A stretch of 64,000 bases of DNA, from assembly GCA_963750165.1 (NCBI GenBank), contig CAVVPN010000004.1, forward strand, positions 1,184,001 to 1,248,000, read 5' to 3'. Origin of the DNA: an uncultured Gemmataceae bacterium (GTDB taxonomy: Bacteria > Planctomycetota > Planctomycetia > Gemmatales > Gemmataceae). Numbering within the stretch: the first letter of the stretch is position 1; each line of letters begins with the position of its first letter. Shown here in pieces: positions 17,203 through 28,627 of the stretch. The position numbers and the translations under genes are program-made. Below the pieces are notes generated by a model. The model was not told where the DNA came from. It did no database searches and saw only the letters and a program-made list of their open reading frames with translations.

Positions 17203-18957
17203 TCACGCCTTGATGATGTCGCGCACGGTCATGCCGCCGGGGATCATCGGCAGCACGTGCTCCTGGTACGGCACCATGACGTTGAGCACGTACGGCTGTT
17301 TGCTGTCGATCATCTCGTTGAGGGCCGCGTCGAGGTCCTCCTTGGCGGAGACGGTGCGGGCGGCGCACTTGAAACCCTTGACCATCGTCTCGAAGTCCGG
17401 GTACGGCTCCTGGTCGTGGCCGGCCCCCAGGTAAGTGTGGGCGCGGTTGCTTTCGTAAAAGCGGTCCTCCCACTGCATCACCATGCCCAGGTGCTGGTTG
17501 TTCAGCAGCAGTACCTTGACCGGCAGGTGTTCGGTATAAGCACACGCCAGCTCCTGGATGTTCATCAGGAAACTGCCGTCGCCGTCGATGTCGATGACGG
17601 TCTTGTGCGGGAACGCGGCCTGGGCGCCCATCGCCGCGGGCAGGCCGAAGCCCATCGAACCGAGGCCGCCACTGGTGAACCACGACCGCGGCTTGTTGAA
17701 ATGGAAGTACTGCGCTGCCCACATCTGGTGCTGGCCCACGCCGGTGGTGACGATGGTGTCGTCCAGCTGGCCGCGGTCGCGCAGCACCTGCCACAGCCGC
17801 TCGATGGCGTACTGCGGCACAATGGCGTCCTCGCGGTCCTGGTAGCACAGCGGCTCCGTCGCGCGCCAGTCCTCGATCTGCCGCACCCAGTCCGTCAGGC
17901 GGTCGCCGCGCTGCACGTCCGCCGCCGCCGGCTCGTCGAGCAACTTCACCAGCTCCGGCAGCGCCTGGCCCAGGTCCGCGATGATCGGCACATGCGCCGC
18001 CTTGATCTTGTTGATCTCCGACGGATCGATGTCGATGTGGACGATCTTGCCGTGCTTGGCGAACTCGCTGACCTTGCCCGTGACGCGGTCGTCGAACCGG
18101 ACGCCGAAGGCCAGCAGCAGGTCCGCCTCGTTGATGGCGTAGTTGGCGTAAATGGTGCCGTGCATGCCCAGCATTTGCAGGCACAGGAAGTGCTCGCTGG
18201 GGAAGGCGCCCAGGCCGTGGACCGTCAGCGCCACCGGGATGCCGGTGCGCTCCGCGAAGGCCCGCAGTGCCGCGGAGGCGTTGGCGGTGATGACGCCGCC
18301 GCCGGCGTAGATGATCGGCTTGCGGCTGCGGCGCACCATGTCGAGCACGACCAGCAACTGCTCGCGCGTGGCGGCGCGCTGGGGGCGGTAGCCGGGCAGG
18401 TTCATGGGCGGGTCGTAGTCCGGCACGATGCAGCGGTTCTGGACGTCCTTGGGCAGATCGACGATGACCGGGCCGGGCCGACCGGTGGTGGCGAGGTAGA
18501 ACGCCTCCTTGACGACGCGGGCGATGTCCTCGGTGCGCGTCACGAGGTAGTGGTGCTTGGTGATGGGCCGGCAGATTTCGACAATGGGCGTCTCCTGAAA
18601 CGCATCGGTGCCAATGACGTGCGTGCCGACCTGGCCGGTGATGGCGAGCAGCGGCACGGAGTCCATCTTGGCGTCGGCGAGGCTGGTGACGAGGTTGGTG
18701 GCACCGGGGCCGCTGGTGGCCATGCAGACGCCGACCTTGCCGCTGGCGCGGGCGTAGCCCTCGGCCGCGAAACCGCCCCCCTGCTCGTGTCGCGGCAGAA
18801 TGGTGCGCACCTGGTGCTGGAAGCGCGTCAGGGCCTGGTGCAGCGGCATGCTGGCGCCGCCTGGATAGGCGAACACCACTTCGATGCCGTGGTTGACCAG
18901 GCACTGCACCAGGATGTCGGCACCGGACTGCGGTTTCACTGTCGGCTCACTCATCAA
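17203..18957 (-). CDS. ilvB: Acetolactate synthase large subunit
   Basis: [31 protein letters not shown] motif. Confidence 0.95.
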   Translation of the reverse strand: MMSEPTVKPQSGADILVQCLVNHGIEVVFAYPGGASMPLHQALTRFQHQVRTILPRHEQGGGFAAEGYARASGKVGVCMATSGPGATNLVTSLADAKMDSVPLLAITGQVGTHVIGTDAFQETPIVEICRPITKHHYLVTRTEDIARVVKEAFYLATTGRPGPVIVDLPKDVQNRCIVPDYDPPMNLPGYRPQRAATREQLLVVLDMVRRSRKPIIYAGGGVITANASAALRAFAERTGIPVALTVHGLGAFPSEHFLCLQMLGMHGTIYANYAINEADLLLAFGVRFDDRVTGKVSEFAKHGKIVHIDIDPSEINKIKAAHVPIIADLGQALPELVKLLDEPAAADVQRGDRLTDWVRQIEDWRATEPLCYQDREDAIVPQYAIERLWQVLRDRGQLDDTIVTTGVGQHQMWAAQYFHFNKPRSWFTSGGLGSMGFGLPAAMGAQAAFPHKTVIDIDGDGSFLMNIQELACAYTEHLPVKVLLLNNQHLGMVMQWEDRFYESNRAHTYLGAGHDQEPYPDFETMVKGFKCAARTVSAKEDLDAALNEMIDSKQPYVLNVMVPYQEHVLPMIPGGMTVRDIIKA

Positions 18958-19226
18958 TGACCTCGAATGCGTGTGCGGGGCGTGTGACGGCGGAGGCGTT
19001 TGAGGTAATCATAGCAGGTGCGGCCAGAGGGGAAGGTGAAAAGTGAAAAGTTTAGGAGTTACGTACACCTGAAAGGTGGCAAATTAGCTCTCTTGTCCTA
19101 ACTCGACGATGGGAGTAGACTTAAGGTGAGGGAAGCGCGACCGGTTGCGATGCCTCGGACAACACTCCAATCCGCATTTGTGTTCTTTGTGTCTTTGTGG
19201 TGAAATCCCTCTTCCGAGATGCGTTC

Positions 19227-20069
19227 ATGTTTCAAGTGTTCAAGAAGCTGAAGTATGCCGCCCGCGTGTTGCTATCGCGCGGCGGCGGGCAGCCCGAGAC
19301 CATCGAGGTCGCCGGCCGGCCCACCGTCCTGATGCACGGCGGCGATGGGCCGCCCCTGGTGTACCTGCACAGCACCCTCGGCGAGTCGCAGATGTGGCTG
19401 CCGTTCTACCAGACGTGGGCGAAGCAGTTCCGCACCCTGGTGCCGACGCACCCCGGCTTCGGCAAGAGCGGCGGCTTTGACCTGATCGACACGATTGAGG
19501 ACATGGCCTTCCATTATCTGGAGCTGTTCGACACCCTCGGCCTGGACGAAGTGTGTCTGGGCGGCGTCAGCCTCGGCGGCTGGATCGCGGCGGAGTTCGC
19601 GGTGCGCTGGCCGGAGCGTGTCAAGAAGCTGTGGATCTGCAACGCCCCGGGGCTGCGCGTCGAGAGCACGCCGCTCGGCGATCTGTTCCGCTACCTGCAG
19701 GACCGCGACAAGCTCCGCGAACTGCTCTTCCACGATCCGAAGTCGGCGCTGGCGACGCTCATCCTCAGGGACAACCCGGACGAGGAGACGCTGCTGAACG
19801 CTTACCAGGCGATGACGGTGCTGGCCCGGTTGACCTGGGAGCGGCCCTACGACCCGAAACTGGCGGCCCGGCTGCACCGCGTTCGCTGCCCCACGCTGCT
19901 GCTCTGGGGGGCGCACGACCGATTGGTGCCGCCGGCCTACGGCGAGGAGTATCGCAAGTACATCGCCGGCGCGGAACTGCAATTGATCCCGGACTGCGGC
20001 CACCTGCCGATGTTCGAGCAGGAAAAAGCGTTTGTGGCGGCGGTGGCGCGGTTCTGCGCCGCGGCGTAA
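19227..20069 (+). CDS. Alpha/beta fold hydrolase
   Basis: GVSLGG nucleophile elbow; LLWGAHD; CGH. Confidence 0.9.
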   Translation: MFQVFKKLKYAARVLLSRGGGQPETIEVAGRPTVLMHGGDGPPLVYLHSTLGESQMWLPFYQTWAKQFRTLVPTHPGFGKSGGFDLIDTIEDMAFHYLELFDTLGLDEVCLGGVSLGGWIAAEFAVRWPERVKKLWICNAPGLRVESTPLGDLFRYLQDRDKLRELLFHDPKSALATLILRDNPDEETLLNAYQAMTVLARLTWERPYDPKLAARLHRVRCPTLLLWGAHDRLVPPAYGEEYRKYIAGAELQLIPDCGHLPMFEQEKAFVAAVARFCAAA

Positions 20070-20080
20070 GGCAAACTCCC

Positions 20081-21118
20081 ATGTGGTACGGCTACCTCCT
20101 CTCCCTGGTGACCCTGACGGCCCCCGCCCAGCCAGGACCGGCGCTCGTGACGTTCAAGGGCCACACGCTCCCCGTCTGGGGCGTGGCGTTCTCGCCCGAC
20201 GGCTCCTTGCTGGCCTCCGCCAGTTCGGACCGCACCGTCAAGGTCTGGGACGTGGCCGTTGGCAAGGCGAAGTTCACCCTGACCGGCCACAAGAATTTCG
20301 TCACCTGCGTGGCCTTTTCGCCCGACGGCGCCACGCTGGCCTCGGGCGGTTACGACGGCACGGTACGGCTGTGGGACGCGGCCACGGGCAAGGAGCGGCG
20401 GGTACTGCACCAGGGCCGCGGCCTGGTGTGTGCCCTGGCGTTTTCGCCGTGTGGCAAATTACTGGCGTGGGGCTGCACGGACGGCACGGTGCGGCTGTGG
20501 GACGTGGCCGCCGGCAAGGGACGGCCGCCCCTGCGCGGCCACGACGAGGCGGTGCCGGCGCTGGCGTTCTCGGCGGACGGCCGGCTGCTGGCGACCGGCG
20601 GCGAAGACCGGACCATCCGTCTCTGGGACGTGGCGACGCGCCGGGAGCTGGCGACGCTGACCGGCCACGGCAAGGGCGTGACCGGGCTGGCGTTCAGCGG
20701 CGATGGCAAGGTGCTGGCGTCCACGGGGCTGGACCGGCACGTCAAGCTGTGGTCGGTGCCGCTGTTGAACGAACTGCTGGACCGGAGCGGTGGCGGTTCG
20801 GGACCGGCGGCGCTGGCGCCGTTCGCGGGCTGCAAGGCACTGGTGCAACGGGCGGGGCCGCTGGTCCGGACGCTGACGGGGCACAAGCAGTGGGCGACCG
20901 CGGTGGCGGTGCGGCCCGACGGCCGGGTGCTGGCGACCGCGGGCGGCGAATTCACGCGCGCGGGCAGTGTCCGGCTGTGGCGGCTGGCGGACGGCCAGCT
21001 GCTGCGGACATTGGAGCAGACGGCGGGGCCGGCGCGGGGCGTGGCGTTCGCGCCGGACGGCCGGCGGTTGGCGTGCGCCGCGGGCAAGACGGTGTGCGTG
21101 TGGCTGATGCCGGAGTAA
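20081..21118 (+). CDS. WD40 repeat protein
   Basis: Repeated GH...VAFSPDG...D.TV.LWD. Confidence 0.92.
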   Translation: MWYGYLLSLVTLTAPAQPGPALVTFKGHTLPVWGVAFSPDGSLLASASSDRTVKVWDVAVGKAKFTLTGHKNFVTCVAFSPDGATLASGGYDGTVRLWDAATGKERRVLHQGRGLVCALAFSPCGKLLAWGCTDGTVRLWDVAAGKGRPPLRGHDEAVPALAFSADGRLLATGGEDRTIRLWDVATRRELATLTGHGKGVTGLAFSGDGKVLASTGLDRHVKLWSVPLLNELLDRSGGGSGPAALAPFAGCKALVQRAGPLVRTLTGHKQWATAVAVRPDGRVLATAGGEFTRAGSVRLWRLADGQLLRTLEQTAGPARGVAFAPDGRRLACAAGKTVCVWLMPE

Positions 21119-21120
21119 GG

Positions 21121-21181
21121 GTCCGAGCCCGAGCGCTCGCGCGGGGCCTGCTTGGCCCCTCGCGGGCGCTCGGGCTCGGAC
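21121..21181. repeat. Intergenic hairpin family AGCCCGAGCGC...GCGCTCGGGCT (also 39094-39153, 45848-45898)
   Basis: Three related palindromes at gene ends. Confidence 0.75.
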
Positions 21182-21190
21182 CCCGGAACC

Positions 21191-22402
21191 TTAGCGGTAA
21201 AATGCCACGCTCGCGAAGCTGACGCTCTCGACGCCGCGCGGGTGGACGTACTGATCGTAGTGCAGCACCTGGCCGCAGCGCGGCTTCAGCGCCTCCAGCA
21301 GCGTGTAGGTCGGCGGCAGACCGCAGATGCGGCGGGCGTCGAGTTCGTCGGCGATCACGCGGAAGTAACCGTGCGGGTCGCCCGCCTCCAGGTGGTACAG
21401 CAGCGACAGGTCCTGGTTGCGGCTCTGCTCCAGCAGCGGCGGCGTCACCGGCACCGGGTCGCGGAACTTCGGCCCGATGTGCGCCAGGTCGCCGCTAATC
21501 AAGTAGCAAATCGGCTCGTCGATCTCCGCCTCCACGCACCGCAGCGCCGCGACCATGCGACCGACCTCCGGCTGCGCCGTCGGCGCCCGTCCCTCCTCCA
21601 CACAATCCTGGAACGACCCCACCACCAGCGGCACAATGCGAATCGGCCGCTTCTGTTCGTACAGGTATTGCAGAAACACCACCTCCAGTTCGATGGAGTG
21701 CTCCGGCAAGTGGGCCATCTCGTCGTCGAACAGGCCAGCGCCGTAGTGGTGGACGAGGCGGTCGATGTAGCGCTGGTCGGTCGGGGCGACGCCGAGCGGT
21801 GTCTGGAAATCCTTGCGCGTCAGGGTGAAACGGTGGCCGCTGTAGTGCGACGTGCCGATGATGACGAACAGCGCCGCCGGTGTGCGCTCGTAAACCTCCT
21901 TGAAGCCCCAGGCGTAGGTGCCGCCACCGCGCTGATAGTCGATGTGCGGCACCAGGGCGGCGCGCAGCGCGTTGTCGGGCCGCAGATCGCGCGGCGTACC
22001 CGGCCCGCGCGGACCGGTGAACAGCTGCCCCAGCTGCCGCCGCAGCGCCGCCGGTTCGCCCTCATAGCAGCCGACATGGCGCGGCGGCCGCACTGGCGCC
22101 TCGGCCAGCTCGCGGAAGCGCGGCCCCTCCAGGTATAGATCCTCGTCGAGCCGGCGGACCAGCTCGGTCAGGGGTTCGAGCGGCAACAATTCGTCGCCGC
22201 ACTGACGCAGGACTTCCTGGTGGATGTCGCGGACGGTACGGCGGCCGTCGAACCAGCGCAGCAAGTGGAACTCGGTCGGCGACAGCCGCCGCGGCGTCGG
22301 ACTCAGCCCCAGGTGATCGACAAGGTAGCCGGACTGGGGGTCACGCGGGTCCTGCACGGAAGCGACGTGCGGACGAAGCTGCGGGCGACTCATGGTGAGC
22401 AT
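21191..22402 (-). CDS. amrB: AmmeMemoRadiSam protein B (MEMO1 family) with N-terminal extension
   Basis: PHIDY, GTSH, EHSIE, SGDLAH, ICG motifs. Confidence 0.9.
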   Translation of the reverse strand: MLTMSRPQLRPHVASVQDPRDPQSGYLVDHLGLSPTPRRLSPTEFHLLRWFDGRRTVRDIHQEVLRQCGDELLPLEPLTELVRRLDEDLYLEGPRFRELAEAPVRPPRHVGCYEGEPAALRRQLGQLFTGPRGPGTPRDLRPDNALRAALVPHIDYQRGGGTYAWGFKEVYERTPAALFVIIGTSHYSGHRFTLTRKDFQTPLGVAPTDQRYIDRLVHHYGAGLFDDEMAHLPEHSIELEVVFLQYLYEQKRPIRIVPLVVGSFQDCVEEGRAPTAQPEVGRMVAALRCVEAEIDEPICYLISGDLAHIGPKFRDPVPVTPPLLEQSRNQDLSLLYHLEAGDPHGYFRVIADELDARRICGLPPTYTLLEALKPRCGQVLHYDQYVHPRGVESVSFASVAFYR

Positions 22403-22590
22403 CCTTCGACTCCATACGGGGTGCGCACGGTGATCGAGCCGGGAAGAGACGGTGAAGAGATTATAAAATGTGTGTGGCTCAAAGCAATTTCCAAAATCGG
22501 CAATTTGGCGATTTTGTCGCCGCCCCTGGGAGCGCTTTGGCCAGTGGTTTTTCCTTCCCGCCGCCCGGGCCGGGTGGTAAACTAACGGGT

Positions 22591-23329
22591 ATGAACACCA
22601 CCATTCTCCCTCGCTGGACCTTCCTGGGCGTGCTGGCGCTCTGCCTGGCCGCCCCCGGCTGTTACCCCGACGACGAGGCGCACCAGGACGGCTCGGTCAA
22701 GCCGCCGAACCAGGGCGCCGGCGCCAAGCGCGTCGCCATGGGCAAGAACGTCACGCTGGAGATCGACGGCCCGACACGGCGCGTACTGGTCAACGCGGTC
22801 GTCTGCCGCCGTGCCGAACAACTGGAGCAGCTGCTGTGCCGCAAGCGCACCAAGGAACACGAGGCGGTGCTGGCCGCGGACGTGGACGCGCGGCACATCC
22901 ACGCCGCGCTGCTGGCCGCCGGCGCCGTGGCGGGCAGTCCGGTCAAGTTCCAGCCCAAGCTGACCGCGCCGACGGGCACCGTCATCAAGGTGTTGCTGCG
23001 CTACACGGCGAAGGGCCAGACGGTCACGGTGCCGGCGCAGCAGTGGATTCGTCAGCGCCAAGACCAAGAAGTTGCTGGAGCACGACTGGGTGTTCGCCGG
23101 CAGCGTCCTCTACCCCGACCCGTTCGACAAGACCAAGCCGCCGATCTACGCCGCCAACGAAGGCGACATCATCTGCGTCGCCAACTTCGAGAGCGCCATG
23201 CTCGACCTGGCCGTGGTCAGCACCAAGGACAACGACGACCTCGCCTACGAGGCCAACACCGAGCGCATCCCCGCCCTGGAGACGCCCGTGGTCGTGATCC
23301 TGGAGCCGGTGCCGGCGAAGAAGAAGTAG
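22591..23329 (+). CDS. YdjY-like lipoprotein (frameshift near 23050)
   Basis: Lipobox APGC; LEQLLC...KEHE; WVFAGS; GDIICVANF. Confidence 0.75.
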
Positions 23330-23401
23330 CCGCTTTTTCAGAAGGTGTTGGCGAGCGGCGCGGCGTCAGCCCGCCGTGCGCTCGCCAACACCAACCGCCA
23401 T

Positions 23402-24475
23402 TCAATCCCCCGCCAGCGGCAGGTCGATCACCTCACCCGACTGGGCGCTGAGCGCCACCGCCTCGGTGAACTCCATGTACGCCACGCCGGTCGCGAAATC
23501 GGTGAAGCGCACTGGCGTGCCCGCGCGGATGGCCTCGACGAACTCCGCCTCCACCCGCCAGCCGCCCGCCTTCTCCTTCGGAATCGGAATCTCCGGCAGT
23601 TCATCGAGCCGCACCCCCTTGGGCGCGTCGCGGCGGTTGGCGCCCCGGATCCAGTCGGAGAGCAGATCGTAGCACAGCACGCCCTCGCTGCCGTACAGGT
23701 GGACCGCCAGTTGCTGGCCGAAGGGTGTCATGCCGCTGAAGTGATACGTGGCCCGCGCCCCGTTCTGCAGCACCGCCAGCACCTGCACGCTGTCCGGCGT
23801 GCCGACCGGCCGGCGCACGCCGCTCTCGGCGTCAATGCGCGACGGAATAAAGGCGTGGACCTGCGCCAGCACACGCACCGGCGGCGGCGCCCAGCGCAGC
23901 AGCGTCTCGTGGACGATGCCCAGCGTCAGCATGTTGAAGCCGGACAGGGCCGCGTCCTGCCGCCACGACAGCGGCGCTGCTGGGTCCGCCAGGGCCGCGT
24001 TCAGACCGACGACCTGTACCTCGCGCAGCTCGCCGAGGTAGCCGGCCTGGAGCAGCTCCGCCATGACGCGGTGGCCCTTGAGGCCGAACGGGCTGGGCAC
24101 CACCTGCGTGACCAGTTGCGGCCGGGCCTGGGCAGCGGCGAACATGCGCCGCGCCTCGGCGGTGGTCAGGCTGAGGCGGGCCTCGGTCAGCACATGCTTG
24201 CCGGCCTCCAGCGCCGCCAGCGTGATCGGGCAGTGCAGGTTCGGCCAGGTGCCGATGACCACCGCGTCGATGTCCGGGTTGGCGATCACGTCCTGCCAGT
24301 GTTCGTAGCAGCGCGGGATGTCGAAGTCGCGGGCCACGGCAATGGTCGATTCCGGCCGGCGGTTGCAGACCGCCAGCAGGCGCACCTCGGGCAGCGCTCG
24401 CAGGCCGGGGATGTGCCGCAGCCGGGTGTTCGCCCCCGCCCCGATCAGGCCGATGTTCAGCGTTTTGAGTGCCAT
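23402..24475 (-). CDS. Gfo/Idh/MocA oxidoreductase
   Basis: IGLIGAG; AGKHVLTE. Confidence 0.9.
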   Translation of the reverse strand: MALKTLNIGLIGAGANTRLRHIPGLRALPEVRLLAVCNRRPESTIAVARDFDIPRCYEHWQDVIANPDIDAVVIGTWPNLHCPITLAALEAGKHVLTEARLSLTTAEARRMFAAAQARPQLVTQVVPSPFGLKGHRVMAELLQAGYLGELREVQVVGLNAALADPAAPLSWRQDAALSGFNMLTLGIVHETLLRWAPPPVRVLAQVHAFIPSRIDAESGVRRPVGTPDSVQVLAVLQNGARATYHFSGMTPFGQQLAVHLYGSEGVLCYDLLSDWIRGANRRDAPKGVRLDELPEIPIPKEKAGGWRVEAEFVEAIRAGTPVRFTDFATGVAYMEFTEAVALSAQSGEVIDLPLAGD

Positions 24476-24580
24476 GCTCGCTCGCTCCTCCGCGCCGTCC
24501 CGGACAGTCACCCGGGGATTTTTTTATCCTGCCCCTATAATCTTGGCAAACGGCCGCACCCTCGTGACGGAGCCAACGCC

Positions 24581-26020
24581 ATGACCAACAACCCCGCCGC
24601 CCCGTCCCGGAAACAGCCGTGGGTCGCATTGGCGGTCGTCCTCGCCGCCAGCGGCATTGCTGTGTACACCTGCTGGCAGCACGCAACCGGCCCCGTCTCC
24701 CCCACGCCGGCCCCGGCGCCATTAAAATCCCTGGCCGTGAGCCGCACCTTGACCGGCCCACTCCACCGCTACCACTCCGTCGCTTTTTACACGAAAGGCG
24801 GGCAGTTAATTGCGCTGGACGAGCGCGGCGCCCTGCAATACTGGGACGTGAAAACGGCTCGGGTCACTTACACCAGCTTCCCGCGCACCGCGAGTTGGCG
24901 GCGGGGGGCCGCCTGGGTGCGGCCCTTCACCCGCGTCCGCGGGCAAGACCGGCCCCACCAGTTGCGGGCCACGGTGCTCGCGGTCGGCGCCCCCGCCGGC
25001 CTGGCGCCGACGCTGCTGCCGCTGGGGTTGACCGCCCACCTGCTCGACCGGGTACACCGCCAGGCCGCGTGGGAGCGGCGGCGCGTGCTCATCCAGGCGG
25101 GCTTGCTGTTCGGGCCGCTCTCGGAGCGGGCGGCGGCGCTGGCCCTCCCCCCGCAGGAGCTGGACCAGCTGGTCCCGCCCGACCCGGACCTGTGGCTGAC
25201 CGCCAGCTACTTTTTTGGCCCCTGGCACGTGGTCGGGGACCGGGACCAGCCGGGCGTGGTCATGATGTTTTCCCTCCTGTATCCGCCAGACCCGTCGGCG
25301 TTGACGACGAGATCCGAGGCTCGTCGGCAGGAGTTGTTCTGGTGTGAGTTGGCCCACCTTGGCGAAGATTACCATGAGAGCGAGCCGACGGCCACGTTCT
25401 GGTTGTTCGGCGAATTGCTCTGGCACATCAACTTTTCCCGGGACGGCACCCGGCTGTTACTCAGCGGCCGGGACAAGAGCTGGTATCTTCTGGAGAAGAA
25501 ACCCGGGCCGAACTGGGATTACGACCAGCGCAAGTTGACCTTCGCCCCCGAGGCCGGTCTGACCCCCCTGGCGTTGCTGCCGGACGGCAAGCACATTCTG
25601 GCCCACGACGCGGCCAGGGCCGTGGGCATCTGGGAGGCGGACACCGGCAAGCAGTTGCGGGCGCTGGCGGGCTCGGAGTACAGGGAGTCGCCCTTCGGTT
25701 TGAGCCCGGACGGCCAGCGCCTCGCGGTCTGTGATGGCACCGACGTGGTGGTGTGGGACCTCGGCACGGGCCAGCCGGAGAGCCGCCTGCTGGGGCTCGG
25801 GAAGCGAACCGAGCAGCTGGTGTTCGCGCCCAACGGTCGCCTCTTGCTTAGCGCCGGCGCCGGCCCCCTGCGCATCTGGGACGTGGACACGGGCCGGGAA
25901 CGCTACCGGCTGGTGTACGAGGGCGAGGCCCCAGCGTCGGTGGCGTTCGCTCCGGACGGCCGCCAGGTGGCCGCGGCGGTCGGGCGTGAGATACTGATCT
26001 GGAACCTGCCCGCGGACTGA
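24581..26020 (+). CDS. Membrane-anchored WD40 repeat protein
   Basis: N-terminal hydrophobic helix; C-terminal WD40-like repeats. Confidence 0.8.
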   Translation: MTNNPAAPSRKQPWVALAVVLAASGIAVYTCWQHATGPVSPTPAPAPLKSLAVSRTLTGPLHRYHSVAFYTKGGQLIALDERGALQYWDVKTARVTYTSFPRTASWRRGAAWVRPFTRVRGQDRPHQLRATVLAVGAPAGLAPTLLPLGLTAHLLDRVHRQAAWERRRVLIQAGLLFGPLSERAAALALPPQELDQLVPPDPDLWLTASYFFGPWHVVGDRDQPGVVMMFSLLYPPDPSALTTRSEARRQELFWCELAHLGEDYHESEPTATFWLFGELLWHINFSRDGTRLLLSGRDKSWYLLEKKPGPNWDYDQRKLTFAPEAGLTPLALLPDGKHILAHDAARAVGIWEADTGKQLRALAGSEYRESPFGLSPDGQRLAVCDGTDVVVWDLGTGQPESRLLGLGKRTEQLVFAPNGRLLLSAGAGPLRIWDVDTGRERYRLVYEGEAPASVAFAPDGRQVAAAVGREILIWNLPAD

Positions 26021-26042
26021 CCGCGGGGCGCCTTCTTTTCTT

Positions 26043-26086
26043 CGTTTACGTTTCGCGCGAACTGCTACCCGCGCGAAACGTAAACG
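26043..26086. repeat. Hairpin family ACGTTTCGYGC...GCGCGAAACGT (also ~50534-50587, ~62358-62428)
   Basis: Three related palindromes, each directly downstream of a plus-strand gene end. Confidence 0.75.
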
Positions 26087-26101
26087 GGCTCTGGTGTCGT
26101 C

Positions 26102-28411
26102 TCAGCGCCCGCCGGCCGGTAGGTTCTGCTGCAGATAGCGCGTCAACAATCCAAACAGGTGCCGCCGCGTGTTCCGGCCCTCGCTGATGCTGTGCGACCG
26201 ATTCGGATACGCCATCATCGTGAAGTGCTTGTTGTGCGCGATCAGTTCATCGATCAGTGCCTCGGTGCCGGCGTAGTGGCAGTTATCGTCGCCGGTGCCG
26301 TGGACGAGCAGCAGGTTGCCCTTGAGCTTGTGAGCGTGTGTGATCGGCGAGCCGTCGCGGTAGCCGGCCGGGTTGTCCTCCGGCAAACCCATGAAACGCT
26401 CCTGATAGATCGTATCGTAATAGCGCTGGTTGGGCACCGGCGCGATCGCCATTGCGGTGTGATAGAGGTCGGGATAGCGGAAGATGGCGTTCAGGCTCAT
26501 GGAACCGCCGCCGCTCCAGCCCCAGATGCCGACGCGCGTCGGATCGACGAACGCCCAGCGCTTCTGAATCGCCTTGACCGCCTCGGCCTGGTCGCGCGCC
26601 GCCAGGATGCCGACCTGGCGGTAAATGCATTTGCGCCAGTCGCGGCCGCGCGGCGCCGGCGTGCCGCGGTTATCCACGCTCATCACCAGGTAGCCGTGTT
26701 GCGCGAGCATCTGGTGCCAGAGGTAATTGGTGCCACCCCAGTGGTCCTGCACCGTGTTGCCGGCCGGCTCGCCGTAGACGTGGAACAGGACAGGGTATTT
26801 TTTCGTCGCGTCGAAGTCCGGCGGCTTGATGACCCAGCCATCCAGCTCGACACCGTTGCCGATGTCCACGCGGAAGAACTCCGGCGACCGAATTTTCAGG
26901 GATTTGAGTTTGGCGCTCAGGTTCTTGTTGTCCGCCAGTGTCCGCAGGGATTTGTGGTCCGGCAGTGTGACGAGATCAATCACCGGCGGCGTGGCGGCGC
27001 TGGAATAGGTGTGGATGGCGTAACGGCCGTCGGGCGAAATGTTGTAGTTGTGCCAGCCGGGCTGCTCGGCGGGCGAGACCTGCTGGGCGGCGCTGCCGTC
27101 GAGCTTGACGCGCCAGAGGTATTTTTGCGTGGCGTTCTTGGGCGAGGCGTAGTAGTAGAGCCAGCCGCTCTTTTCGTGGACGGCGGCCACGTCGATGATG
27201 TCGGCGCCGGGTGGGGTGATGGGTTTCAGTGCCCCGTCAGCGCGGTTGACCTTGTAGGCGCGCTTGCGGCCGTCGCGGTCGCTGACCCAGGTGAAAGTCT
27301 TGTTACTGTCTAGCCAGTGGACGTGGTCGCACACGTCTACCCAGGCTTTATCTTTTTCTGCAAGAACAACGTTGCCGGGAATTCCTGTTTTGTACGAATT
27401 GAACTCCCCCTGGGGTATATCAAACGGCCCACACAAGGCGACAATGTTGGTGTTTTGCAAGCGATTCAACTGCTGGACGACAACCGTTTTTTCATTGGGA
27501 ATCCAGTCCATGCGTGCAATATAGTGGCTTTGCGTCTCCTTCGGCGGGCTAACCCAATAGGGGGTGCCTCCACCGGCGTTGACGATCCGGATCGAACAGG
27601 TGGCATTGGGCCGGCCCGTCTTTGGGTACTTGAACTTGGCAAGTTGCTGGTACAATCCGTTGATGTTGTTCACCAGGAAATAATCGTCCACGCCGCTCGT
27701 GTCCAGTTGCCAGAACGCGATGTGCTTGCCGTCCGGGCTCCAGCGGAAGCCGTCGTACAGCGAAAACTCCTCCTCGTACACCCAGTCAAACGTGCCATTG
27801 ATGATGTGAGGCGATTTGGTTTCCGTGACTTGCTTGACCTTCTTCGAGTTCAAATCCTCCACGTAAATATTGCGGTCGTGGACATACGCCACACGGGTGT
27901 TGTCCGGTGAAAAGCGGGCGTGCATCAGCGTGGATGGCTTGGCGTCCACCCCGAGCTTACGCAGCTCGCGGCTGGTGGTGTCGTAGACGTAGTAATCGCC
28001 GCGCGTGTTCCTGCGCCAGACGCGCTTCGAGTTGGTGTAGATCAGCACCAGTGCCTCGTTGGCGGACCACTGATAATCGTCGATGCTCAGCGGCCGCGTC
28101 GCGTCCCGGGGGATCAGGTTGCCCGCGGACACCAGCACCGTCTGCTTGCCCGTGGCGGGGTCGATGCGCACGATGTCCTCGGCGCCCTTGGCGGTCTCGG
28201 ACGGCTCCAGGCGTGTGTAACCGCCCTGCTTCGGCAGCCAGTGAACGGAGCCGTAGCCCGCCGCGCCGAACTCGCCGGACGCGAAGATGCGGTCGATGCT
28301 CAGGCGGCCCGGGTCGGCCTCTTTTTGCTGGGCCGGCGCGACCGGGGCGGACGCCAGGAACAACAGCGCCAGCACTACGAAGCGCGGGCAAGCGTGGCGG
28401 ACGGCAAACAT
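26102..28411 (-). CDS. Dipeptidyl-peptidase IV (S9B)
   Basis: DWVYEEE, GWSGGG, DDNCH, SH. Confidence 0.95.
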   Translation of the reverse strand: MFAVRHACPRFVVLALLFLASAPVAPAQQKEADPGRLSIDRIFASGEFGAAGYGSVHWLPKQGGYTRLEPSETAKGAEDIVRIDPATGKQTVLVSAGNLIPRDATRPLSIDDYQWSANEALVLIYTNSKRVWRRNTRGDYYVYDTTSRELRKLGVDAKPSTLMHARFSPDNTRVAYVHDRNIYVEDLNSKKVKQVTETKSPHIINGTFDWVYEEEFSLYDGFRWSPDGKHIAFWQLDTSGVDDYFLVNNINGLYQQLAKFKYPKTGRPNATCSIRIVNAGGGTPYWVSPPKETQSHYIARMDWIPNEKTVVVQQLNRLQNTNIVALCGPFDIPQGEFNSYKTGIPGNVVLAEKDKAWVDVCDHVHWLDSNKTFTWVSDRDGRKRAYKVNRADGALKPITPPGADIIDVAAVHEKSGWLYYYASPKNATQKYLWRVKLDGSAAQQVSPAEQPGWHNYNISPDGRYAIHTYSSAATPPVIDLVTLPDHKSLRTLADNKNLSAKLKSLKIRSPEFFRVDIGNGVELDGWVIKPPDFDATKKYPVLFHVYGEPAGNTVQDHWGGTNYLWHQMLAQHGYLVMSVDNRGTPAPRGRDWRKCIYRQVGILAARDQAEAVKAIQKRWAFVDPTRVGIWGWSGGGSMSLNAIFRYPDLYHTAMAIAPVPNQRYYDTIYQERFMGLPEDNPAGYRDGSPITHAHKLKGNLLLVHGTGDDNCHYAGTEALIDELIAHNKHFTMMAYPNRSHSISEGRNTRRHLFGLLTRYLQQNLPAGGR

Positions 28412-28546
28412 TGGCACATCTCCTGAAGGCCGACCAGGGATCAAATCTCGACGTATGAAAAAGTTGGCTCCCTTGGCTCCCTTGGCTCCCTTGCTCGGTC
28501 AGCCGGCGTCAGCGAGGGGCGGGCCGTGCCAGCCGGCTCTTCGTTC

Positions 28547-28602
28547 GTAGTACCGCCTTCAGGCGGAATCAGCGCCCGGATTCCGCCTGAAGGCGGTACT
28601 AC
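28547..28602. repeat. GTAG-type REP doublet
   Basis: GTAGTACCGCCTTCAGGCGGAATC...GATTCCGCCTGAAGGCGGTACTAC. Confidence 0.85.
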
Positions 28603-28627
28603 GAACGAAGACAACGCGAACCGGCGG